In this document: in pieces, positions 1 to 8,986 of the stretch
How positions within the stretch are numbered: the stretch's first letter is position 1
Layout: every line of letters starts with the position of its first letter
Assembly (NCBI RefSeq): GCF_006345805.1
Contig: NW_021825470.1
Coordinates: forward strand, 1-15,763
Source: Octopus sinensis
Taxonomy: Eukaryota
Reading direction: 5' to 3'
DNA length: 15,763 nt
The notes under the pieces: model-generated
What the model saw: the letters and a program-made list of their open reading frames with translations, nothing else
Databases searched by the model: none
What the model was told of the DNA's origin: nothing
Position numbers and translations under genes: made by a program

Positions 1-173
1 GTGTGTGTGTGTGTTGTGTTGTGTGTGTCTGTGTGTTTTGTATGTGTGGGTGTGTGTGTGTGTGTGTGTGTAGTGTATACATTTATCAATTCGTTTTGCA
101 CGATTCCTGATGTAAAATCCTTTGTTGAAACATATATTGTATTTCGCGATGGTCATTATATATATATGTATAT

Positions 174-983
174 ACTGAAGATTGAAGGCTTCGAATGATT
201 TGTCTGTGTTCCTGGTTCGTCCCTTCCTGTGTTTCACGTTCATTATATATAAAAACATTCATTCTTATATATCGATTGCTTGGCGGGCGTTACGTGCACC
301 CCCCCCGTTTGTTTGTCCAATTTTAAACCCTGCACGACTTCTATACACCCTGTCTTTCCTGCCCGCCATTTGCTTCTTCACCAAACTTTTTGGCGCCCTC
401 CGATTCTTCCCCTCTCTTCCTCCCATCCTCCTCCCCTCCCCTTAATCCCTGATTCTTTCTCCTTTTCTCTTGGTCACTGATTCTCTTTGATTCCCTCTCT
501 CTCTGTCTCTTTCTCTCTTTCTCTCTCTCTCCTGCGACCTGCTGCTTCTTCTAAACCATTCTGTGGCCTTCGTATCTCGACCAACATGTGTCCCGCTACC
601 GAAACGGTAATTATTTCTACCTCCAGCTATGTTGTTGTTGTTTTCTGTCTCATTTGGTCTAAAGTCGTATGACAACCACCGTTATATATGTTTTGTTTGT
701 TCATTATACCCGTTTTCAATTTCGTTTTCGTCTCTTGTGTTTACATCCGTCTTGTGCGTTCACATTCCTGTCTTCTACCAAGAAATCTAATGCTTAAGCT
801 TAGTTTTTTTTCTTGGGGCTGGCCGAGTTGGGAGCAAATATCAGAATTGAACAGCCGAAATTTGCTATGATGGTTCGTGTCTGACTGAAGATTGAAGGCT
901 TCGAATGATTTGTCTGTGTTCCGTGTTCGTCCCTTCCTGTGTTTCACGTTCATTATATATAAAAAACATTCATTCTTATATAT
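174..983 (+). mobile_element. Non-coding interspersed element with ~100-bp direct terminal repeats (174-272 and 884-983); possibly a non-autonomous PLE-type partial tandem
   Basis: ACTGAAGATTGAAGGCTTCGAATGATTTGTCTGTGTTCC...CATTCATTCTTATATAT occurs twice, 710 bp apart and nearly identical, both bounded by TA runs. The PLE assignment is inference. Confidence 0.55.
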
Positions 984-1236
984 ATATATATATATAATGT
1001 ATATATATATATATATAAGAATATTGAGTTTCTAAATCTCTCGTAGAGAGGTGTACGGTGGTGGAGCGATATAATGGTTGTATACTGTCAATCTAACAAG
1101 AACGTGACAGTAGGGTGTACACCACCGTTATATAGCCCTAGGAGGCATCGAACAACCCCTGACAGCTTCGACACATTTTTACCTGTGTCCTTATATACAC
1201 ATACGAAGGGGAGACAAACACCCCCAACCGCCGGAA

Positions 1237-1292
1237 CTGCATCTAGGGACACCGTGTTTCAGGATCATTGTCCTTCATCGCCTAGAGTACAG
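1237..1292 (-). ncRNA. Type I hammerhead ribozyme (copy 1; 1-nt deletion in core, CGAUGA)
   Basis: Minus strand reads TCTAGG CGATGA AGGA caatga TCCT GAAACACGGTGTC CCTAGA. Confidence 0.7.
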
Positions 1293-1602
1293 AGACACGG
1301 TCAGCTGGCGATATCTGTCTCGACTTCGTATCTGTATATATCTATAGTCAGTGAAGTCTATTCACTGATTATCAAAATAAGAAATATTGAGTTTCTAAAT
1401 CTCTCGTAGAGAGGTAGGTGTACGGTGGTGGAGCGATATAATGGTTGTATACTGTCAATCTAACAAGAACGTGACAGTAGGGGGTACACCCCCGTTATAT
1501 AGCCCTGGAGGCATCGAACGCTCCTGACAGCTTCGACACATTTTTATCCTGTGTCCTTATATACACATACGAAGGGGAGACAAACACCCCCAACCGCCGG
1601 AA

Positions 1603-1659
1603 CTGCATCTAGGGACACCGTATTTCAGGATCATTGTCCTTCATGGCCTAGAGTAGCAG
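1603..1659 (-). ncRNA. Type I hammerhead ribozyme (copy 2; 1-nt deletion in core, CCAUGA; U-G pair in stem III)
   Basis: Minus strand reads CTGCTAC TCTAGG CCATGA AGGA caatga TCCT GAAATACGGTGTC CCTAGA TGCAG. Confidence 0.7.
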
Positions 1660-1771
1660 ACACCGGTCAGCTGGCGATGTCTGTCTCGACTTCGTATCTG
1701 TATATATCTATAGTCAGTGAAGTCTATTCACTGATTATCAAAATAAGAAATATTGAGTTTCTAAATCTCTC

Positions 1772-1958
1772 GTGTCTGCTACTCTAGGCCGATGAAGGAC
1801 AATGATCCTGAAACACGGTGTCCCTAGATGCAGTTCCGGCGGTTGGGGGTGTTTCTCCCCTTCGTATGTGTATATAAGGACACAGGATAAAATGTGTCGA
1901 AGCTGTGTACCCCCTACTGTCACTTTCTTGTTAGATTGACAGTATACAACCATTATAT
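1772..1958 (+). mobile_element. Inverted, truncated copy of the same monomer, carrying the best-preserved hammerhead
   Basis: Reverse complement of ~1437-1663 (GTGTCTGCTACTCTAGG...GTATACAACCATTATAT) with an internal ~39-nt deletion after AGCTGT. It ends in (TA)n. Confidence 0.9.
1776..1833 (+). ncRNA. Type I hammerhead ribozyme (copy 3; complete core with C at position 4)
   Basis: Stem I TCTAGG(1783-88)/CCTAGA(1823-28), extended by CTGC/GCAG across a TAC/T internal loop. Core CCGATGA (1789-95). Stem II AGGA-caatga-TCCT. GAAA (1810-13). Stem III ACAC-g-GTGT. GTC triplet with predicted cleavage after 1822. Confidence 0.85.
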
Positions 1959-1970
1959 ATATATATATAT

Positions 1971-2092
1971 GAAATTGCGAGGATGATCCGGTTCTTGACT
2001 GAAGATTGAAGGCTTCGAATGTCCCGTCCGTGCTTTTTGTATCGTCTTCTAAATGTTTTGCGTTCTTGTCCCAGTTTGTAATTTTTTACATA
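1971..2092 (+). repeat. Diverged third member of the same repeat family (3' fragment between TA runs)
   Basis: GAAATTGCGAGGATGATCCGGTTCTTGACTGAAGATTGAAGGCTTCGAATG aligns with 857-907, then diverges. Confidence 0.7.
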
Positions 2093-2195
2093 TATATATA
2101 TATTTTCGCCAAATAAACACACGCACTATATATTTTTTTCTTCACTCGTTCATTACCGTTCTTATTTCATTAATTAAACTGATGTCCGTTCTACG

Positions 2196-2233
2196 AAAAT
2201 CTTTCGTCACACATCTGTGACCTCTTCAGCGAC
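2196..2233 (-). ncRNA. Degenerate minimal hammerhead-like motif
   Basis: Minus strand reads GTCG CTGAAGA G GTCACA-gatg-TGTGAC GAAA GATTTT CG. The core and a 6-bp stem II are clear. Stems I and III are weak. Confidence 0.45.
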
Positions 2234-2904
2234 ACTTTTCGTTTTCGTGTGTGTTTTTGCTCCACTTACTCCACTCTATTCTTCTAAGATGTGTATCCTT
2301 ATGTGCGCCTGCGTTTAAGTCCTTGTGTATGTGTGCGTGTGTGTATGTACATGCGCGTGTGTGTATGTACATGCGCGTGTGTGTATGTGTGTGTATGCAT
2401 GTGTATGTCATAGTATTTAGCAGTAGCCTTCTCCTCAGCCCCATCTTTTCACCCTCATTGTGCTTCTGCTGTCCTAACGCTCCACGCCACCCCAAAAATA
2501 TATGGTACAGTTCATGTATTCCTCTGTGTAAGTGTATTCGACCACGGTGTTGCCATCGTGGTAGATTTTTTGTTATTGCTATCATTGGCACCACCACAGC
2601 TATAGCCACGTGTTAGTCGTGCTGTCGATATCCTTATGGCCGTCCATGAAGTTTCAAACGAGTGTGTTTGGGTTCGCTTTTTAAGTATCCATGCCCAGTA
2701 TATAGTTTAATTTGTTTGTCTTATCTACCTCTGTCTTACATTTATCACAGGTATGTGGCAGATATATTTATATATTTATTCATATATCTATATATATTTA
2801 TTTATTTATACATCTATTTATATATTCATTTCTGCTTTCTTTTTTTGTTTTTTACACATCTGTCTCTATTCCTCATAAGTATAACAGTTAAATGATACTA
2901 TCTA

Positions 2905-2978
2905 ACGTGTGTTGATCTAATGGACTGGCCTCCTCCCCCAAAATTTCGGGCCTTGTGCCTAGACTAGAAAATAATTAT
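2905..2978 (+). mobile_element. SINE/LINE 3' tail fragment
   Basis: CTCCCCCAAAATTTCGGGCCTTGTGCCTAGACTAGAAAATAATTAT resembles the tails at 4545-4590, 5725-5770 and 10372-10430, which lie on the opposite strand. Confidence 0.65.
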
Positions 2979-3084
2979 ACCCTGAGATATATTTAAATAA
3001 TTTTATTCACTTCGATCACCTTTTTAAATTTTGTTGCAGCTTTAAAAACAGTCATCGGACACGTGTGACCCTGGGGTCAGTAAG

Positions 3085-3125
3085 ATTCGCTGAAGATGAA
3101 GTAAGAATTTTTCTCGAAAGTTTGT
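3085..3125 (+). ncRNA. Highly degenerate hammerhead-like motif
   Basis: CTGAAGA (3090-96), an imperfect hairpin, then GAAA (3116-19). Stem I is not supported. Confidence 0.25.
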
Positions 3126-3174
3126 GTGTGTGCATATTCATACCAACATATATATATGAATATATATATATGTG

Positions 3175-4037
3175 TTGCGTCGCTTTCTTTTTAGTTATAA
3201 TGTAATGCAGGTATTAATCAATTAAATAAATCCGTTGGAAACAGCTGTAAAGAAGTGACGTGTATCCATCATTTTCTTATAATTTATTTGTTCATAATAC
3301 ACGTCACTGGAATCCCGACCAGTCGGATATTCTGGAGTATACCAAATGCCGTATGACTTATACAACGTTCACTTCTGGATTATCCAATAGGCTGCGAAAA
3401 TACTCATATTCTCTTTATACATAACCTGAATATTTCACTGGACGTACTTCGACACCCATGATATTTATTCAACTAAAGGTGCTGCTTACAAGTTAATTCG
3501 ACCCAACCTGGTCATAGTATTTAAGTACCTGATGCCTTTGAATCCTTACATATATATTATATCATACCTTGATACTGTGTGAGCTAAGATCCCTGTTGAC
3601 AGGCCACTGGTATTTAAGAGTGTTAAACACTTTCGGTATGCAACTTAGAGACTCCTTCATAGAGTAACCGCTGCAGTTGTTGAGTCTATAAACAGTTTGT
3701 CTGATTGTTTCTCTGGAGAAAGTCAAAATGATATGGACGCCTCTGATGAGAAGCCAATAAGGTTAGAAAATCGATTAAGATAGTTCATCGTCTTTTCAGT
3801 CTATTGGATTATTGGTACTTAGCCTGTAGGATAATCCAGAAGTGAACATTGAACTGGTCATACGGCATTATGGTATACTCCAGAATATCCGACGGGTCGG
3901 GATTCGACTGACGTGTATTATAAACAAATAAATAAGAAGAAAATGATAGAAACACGTCACGTCATTACAGATGTTTCCAACGGATTTCTTAATAGATTAA
4001 TTCCTACTTACATCATAACTAAAAGAAAGCGACGCAA
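3175..4037 (+). mobile_element. 5'-truncated Penelope-like element with an inverted terminal repeat (~218-bp arms at 3175-3392 and 3822-4037), inserted in (TA)n; alternative: MITE with long terminal inverted repeats (TIRs)
   Basis: The arms are reverse complements (TTGCGTCGCTTTC... / ...GAAAGCGACGCAA; the core GTCGGATATTCTGGAGTATACCA is shared). Internal 3411-3476 translates LFIHNLNISLDVLRHP*YLFN*, resembling the PLE ORF C-terminus (LFI..LKPSLN...LFN*). An HHR-like core lies at 3743-3777. Confidence 0.65.
3735..3785 (+). ncRNA. Degenerate minimal (dimer-type) hammerhead motif within the PLE remnant
   Basis: CTGATGA (3743-49), stem II AGCC-aataa-GGTT, GAAA (3766-69), then A-TCGA-T (palindromic stem III) and a UH site at 3776-77. 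Stem I has only ~2 clear pairs. Confidence 0.45.
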
Positions 4038-4042
4038 TATAT

Positions 4043-4084
<42 letters not shown>

Positions 4085-4102
4085 ATATATATATATATAT
4101 AT

Positions 4103-4141
<39 letters not shown>

Positions 4142-4486
4142 TAAATTTGCCCTGTTTATAACTATATTTGTATTGTATGCTATTTGTTGCTGCTCTGCGG
4201 ACTGTTACGTTATTTAAGAAAGAGAAGAAAATCATTACCCTGATCCTGACACCTGTCAACAGTAAGTAAATATTTCCAACTTGTTATATTAGCCTCACAA
4301 AACTAGCGATCAAAATACGAAGTGCTGCTCGTTAGTTAGTTTCACGACGGTCCTGTCCCACGATTTGTGTGTTAAGTACTTCTTATACATAACAGCTTAT
4401 GGGTTTAACGAACGGCAGACGCAAGTGGATCATTGAAAGTTACGTAACTTGAGCGGCCATTCGTTAGCAATTTATATGAATCTACA

Positions 4487-4593
4487 ATATAATGTAACAA
4501 AACAATAACACAATAACCGAACTGCAAGTAATAATAATAATAATAGTTTGTAGCATTGGCACAGGGCCACAAATTTGAAAGAAGGGTAAAATT
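4487..4593. repeat. Direct repeat copy A (SINE tail plus adjacent flank)
   Basis: Matches 5614-5774 apart from (AAT)n length and a few substitutions. Confidence 0.85.
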
Positions 4594-4693
4594 TTGTTGT
4601 TACGGTGATAGAACCGGAGTCGAACCAACAACCTTACAATTTCTAAACTTTGAATTTTATACCCAACACCTTACTCGACTCTGCCACGGTGCG
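4530..4693 (-). mobile_element. Short tRNA-derived SINE
   Basis: Minus-strand A-box-like TGGCAGAGTCGAG (4674-86), B box GGTTCGACTCC (4616-26), 3' tail ...CAAATTTGTGGCCCTGTGCCAATGCTAC and (ATT)n. Confidence 0.7.
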
Positions 4694-5613
4694 GAGTGTC
4701 TGATCTGATCCAAAATAAACCTGAATAAAAGAAATAAAATAATTTAATATTAAAAAAAATATATAGTTGTAATAAAGAACAAAAACTTTATATTTAATAT
4801 GGCTGACGTAAAATGATAGAAATGGATTTTAATGGAGGGAAAAAAAACTTGTATAAGCGAACGGGAGATAAAACACATTTCCCACACCCATATTTTCTTT
4901 TTTTCTTCTTTTTGTTACATAAATGAAAATTAACTGAAATATTATGAAAAAAATGTAATTATTGAACAAACATTTCATCCAGGTAATTTAAACTGGAATG
5001 AGAATATCTTCAAGGTATTTAGTTATTATTTCAGAAAGGGGGTGGTCTGTTAAAGTCTTTCATATTTTAGCAGTAAAAAGGGCTAAAAAGTTATTCCACT
5101 TAAAAATTTGGTTTGCGGGTTGTTTTTAACCTTTCATCAACGTGAGCTTTCTTTTTTATATGCATGTGTGTGAGTGTGTGTGTGTGTAAGGGTGTGTGAG
5201 TTCTAGGTGTCCGTGAGCGTGAGGGAATGTTCGACTGAAGTGATATGTCGTGTTGAAACCACGCCCCAGAATCACTTGAAATGAGATTTTGATTCTCTTG
5301 TTATTAAGAACGTTTTTTGTTGCTGTTGAGGCTGTTGTTTTTCGTTGTTTTTCTTGGCTATGATGGATGTACTGGTAAGTGGTCTATTTTTTCTTTTTTG
5401 CAGAGGTGTGTGTACGTCGTTGCACAAATGGTGATGGTGCCGATTCCGGAGCTGGTGACGGGAGGGGGTGAAGCCTATGGCAGTTGAGTTTTCGCAGTGG
5501 TGCTCATTACATCGATGCGGTAACAACAATTTATTTTTTCATATATTGTTTCGTTTTGTTTTACGAAATGAAAAACCCGAATTAGCTAACTGTGTTGTCC
5601 ATTCCATCTGGTG

Positions 5614-5664
5614 ATATAATGTAACAAAACAATAACACAATAACCGAACTTCAAGTAATAATAA

Positions 5665-5719
<55 letters not shown>

Positions 5720-5774
5720 GATGATAGTTTGTAGCATTGGCACAGGGCCACAAATTTGAAAGGAGGGTAAAAAT
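5614..5774. repeat. Direct repeat copy B with expanded (AAT)n
   Basis: ATATAATGTAACAAAACAATAACACAATAACCGAACT...GTAGCATTGGCACAGGGCCACAAATTTGAAA is shared with 4487-4593. Confidence 0.85.
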
Positions 5775-6439
5775 TAATAATGGTTAGTTTGATTAGAAAA
5801 TAAAAACGCTGATGAAGAAAACGCAAATATAAAAATAAATAATAATAATAATAATAAATAATAAATAAATATATAAATGAATAATGTCACACAGCTCCCC
5901 CTTGATGCGCCCCACGCTCACACACAAAGAAACTTCACAACATTACCTGGATTTTTTCCCATTAATGTTTTCCTTTTCATTTTTTGTATTCTCGCTTCTG
6001 TGACGATGTTTTTTTTCTCTACATTTATCAAACGACATCTTGCTCTCCGCTTATCACTCACTCACTCACTCTCTCTCACACACTCCTCTGTTTCTTCTCT
6101 TCCATCTCTCTCTCTCTCTCTCTTCTCTCTTTCTTTCTCCCTCTCTTATCAACCATTTCAAGCTCCATGTCTTTCATATCGGCGTTTTTGTGTTCGCGTT
6201 TACAAGCTTCAATGTCTTTTTTTCCACCTCTGATGGCATCACAACCAGATTAAAAACTTGTATATGCTACCCTGACTTGTAATACGGCATCGGGTGGCTG
6301 GTGGAGCTGGGCAGAATATGGAACGGGGTGGCGCGGGCGTCAAGGAAGGTGATTTCAAGTAGAGCAATCAAACTCTCTCGTAGTGTGGATTTTTACATTA
6401 GTTTGTGTATGTTTTTCCAGGTGTGCATGCATGTCCATT

Positions 6440-6690
6440 TATGTGTGTGTCTGTATATATTTCTGCATGCACGCGTGTTTGTGTGTGTGTGTGTATGTGT
6501 GTGTATGTCTGTATATATTTATGTGCGCACGCGTTTTGTGTGTGTGCGTGTATGTATTTGTGTGTGTATCTGTATATATTTATGCGCACACACGTTTTAG
6601 TGTGTGTGTCTGTATGTATTTGCGTGTGCCTGTATATATTTATACGTGCACGCGTGTTTGTGTGTGTATGTATGTGCATTTGTATGTGTG
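6440..6690. repeat. ~60-bp minisatellite (about 4 units) built from GT microsatellite
   Basis: The anchor CTGTATATATTT occurs at 6451, 6509, 6570 and 6630 (spacing 58, 61 and 60). Confidence 0.75.
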
Positions 6691-7819
6691 TGTGTATGTG
6701 TGCATGCCTAAGTGTGAGCTTGTCTCAATCTTTATATGTGTACGTGAGCATACGTGTACGCGTCGGTATATATTTATGTGTGTATGCGTTTACGATACCC
6801 ATGGTTTCATGTATATGTTTGTATCGGCAATTCTAAGTGTACATATATGTTTATGATACCCAATGATTGCAAGTATGTATGTATGAGTGTGCGTGTGTGT
6901 ATGTTTGTGTATGAGATAGAGAGGGGGGAGGGAGGGAGAGAGATACACATGGTTAAAATATATGTTTGTATGTGTAATCTTATATAGGATATACGTCGAT
7001 AGGGATACGTGTTTGTATGTGCATGTGTACACATATATGCGTGTGCGTGTCACAAAGTGTGTGTGCGAGTAGGTATGTGTATGTGTACGAGAGAGTGTGT
7101 GACTATGTGTGTGGAAGAGTGTGTGTGCGTGTATGCATATGAGAGAGTGTGTCCGTGAGAGAGAAAGAGAAGGAGGAGAAAGCGAGTGTGTGTGTGTGTG
7201 TATGCATCAGAGACAGTGTATGTGCATGTTTGTGAGGGAGAGAGAGAGAGAAAGAAGGATAGTGTCTGTGAGTATAAGTATGTGTGTGTAGAAGTATGTA
7301 TAAGTGTGTGCGTATGTGTGTTGTATGTGTGTGTGTGAGAGAGAGAAAGAGATAGAATTACGTTTGTGTATGCGTGAGAGACAGGTAGAAATATACCGTG
7401 GGCGTGTTTGTATGTCTGTGTATGAGAAAGAGAGAGAGAGAGGGGAAGAGACAGAGTGAGAGGGAAAAAAGAAAAAAAGAAGGGAAGAGAGACCTTAAGT
7501 GTATGTGCGTGTATCTATACGTACGCATGCGCATGTATATACGCTGGCAGGCTAATAATATTCTTAAGACAAATTCCAATTCTAATTGAAATATTCATTA
7601 ATATTATTAATTATTCGTTCTGAAATGACTGCAGAATGCAAACCAAATCCATCTGCTGTAATGAAAGAACGTTACATAACGAAATAATCACAAATGTACG
7701 TTAACATCGCGATATGGATCTCTCTCGAATAAACTTAAAATGGACGTCAAAAAATAACGCTTTTTAAAATTTCGCTTCATTCGCCAGCCACGCCTTTTAC
7801 CTGTGACGTGACTCTTCTT

Positions 7820-8430
7820 GGTGTTGTTGTTGTTGCTGTTGTTGTCGTTGATGTTTCATATTGAGTGCCTCTTTTTTTTCCTGCTTTTTTTTGTTGTTGT
7901 GAGTGTCATTATTTTGTTTGTTGTTGCTGTTGTTGATTTTCCTTTTTTCTGATGATTTTGGTGTTCTTTTCTCGTTATCGTCGTCGTCGATAAAGATGAA
8001 GATGATGATGATGGTGATGATGATTGTGGCGGTCGTGGTGATAGTGATGTAGATGATGATGATGAAGATGATGTGCTTAATTTCGCATTGTTGATATTGT
8101 CGTCGTCGTCGTCGTGATTGTTGATGGTGATGATGATCATGATCATGATGATGGTAGTGGCGGTGTTGGTGGTGTTGGCGGTGGTTGTGATGGTGGTGGT
8201 TGTGGTGGTGGTGGTGGTGGTGGTTGTGGTGGTGGTGGTGGTGGTGATGTTAGTGGTGGTGATGGTGGTGGTGGTGGTGTTCGTCGTCGTCGTCGTCCTG
8301 GTTGTAGTGGTGAAGAAGTAGCTATGGCTCTAACTGCTGCAGCTACAGATGATGATGATGATGATAATGATGATGATGACGACGACGACAACGATGGTGA
8401 TGATGTACTTAATGGTTTTACTGTTGCTGT
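7820..8430. repeat. Mosaic trinucleotide microsatellite field (GTT, GAT, GGT, GTC)n
   Basis: Directly visible. It produces the homopolymeric ORFs at 7856-8555. Confidence 0.95.
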
Positions 8431-8469
8431 TTATTGTTTTTATCGTTGCCATTATTGTCGTAAGGGTTT

Positions 8470-8610
8470 CGGATAGAGTATCAAATAAAGTAAGTTACAG
8501 TATCTTCTTACCGGTGGTAATTTTACGAACTGAGTTCAAATCCCACCAAGTGTGAATTTTTATCTTTTCTTTTTCCAGGGGATCAAGGTAACATAAACAG
8601 CAGTGAAATC
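8470..8610 (+). mobile_element. Old degenerate SINE copy (same family as 11446-11779)
   Basis: TTTACGAACTGAGTTCAAATCCCACC aligns with the reverse complement of CGGCAGAAATTGAACTCAGAACGTAAA (11691-11717). Confidence 0.55.
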
Positions 8611-8945
8611 GTCTCCTTAATTGAGATAGTGCCACAAGCCCCACTACAAATTATCCCAAAAAATATACCTAATATTTTATGATAGAGAACTGCTTCAAAT
8701 GGCGGTGATAAGACGCAGTCACCACAGCTTTAGGTAGGAAAGACTCATGGTATTTGCCTCTTTCTTGTGCTCTCTCGCGCTACACGCATTGAGTCGAACC
8801 AGGGGCAGCTGATGAAGGGGAATTTTCCTTTGTATTGTTTGTCCTGTACTCTGTTTTTTCGTTGTTAAAAAAAGTCCATTTCCTTGTTTGATTTTATGTT
8901 TTATGTTTTCTCGTTGTGTTCTACGTTTATTGTGGTGTCCTGTAC

Positions 8946-8986
<41 letters not shown>

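Larger units (their letters stand above)
1017..1772 (-). mobile_element. Retrozyme-like tandem array: ~2.07 monomers of ~363-366 bp, each with a type I hammerhead ribozyme on the minus strand; no coding capacity
   Basis: The anchor ATATTGAGTTTCTAAATCTCTCG recurs at 1021, 1384 and 1750. The HHR stem I arm TCTAGG recurs at 1242 and 1608 (366 nt apart). (TA)n lies immediately upstream. Confidence 0.8.

Noticed and set aside
175-210. CTGAAGA...GAAT as a hammerhead (also at 885 and 1999)
   Set aside because: It has GAAT rather than GAAA, and no consistent stem I/III or UH site across the three copies.
1017-1772. CRISPR-like or satellite-only interpretation of the tandem repeats
   Set aside because: The context is eukaryotic, the units are ~365 bp with no unique spacers, and the ribozyme fold explains the array better.
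1074-1953. Repeated ORFs (MVVYCQSNK..., MSLYTHTKG...) in the tandem array
   Set aside because: Frames and lengths are not conserved between copies. The conserved feature is RNA structure.
4137-4217. Signal-peptide-like mini ORF MAKFALFITIFVLYAICCCSADCYVI* and a nearby GTAAGT donor-like site at 4262
   Set aside because: The ATG is created by the end of a TA run, and the ORF stops after 26 aa, before the donor. AT-rich DNA commonly gives hydrophobic peptides.
5370-5525. Donor-like GTAAGT (5375), polypyrimidine-CAG acceptor (5403) and a GC-richer putative exon
   Set aside because: All three frames contain stops and the implied intron is only ~29 nt. A UTR or lncRNA exon cannot be excluded without RNA-seq.
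8809-8832. CTGATGA followed by the hairpin AAGGGG-aatt-TTCCTT
   Set aside because: No downstream GAAA or cleavage triplet, so at most half a hammerhead.
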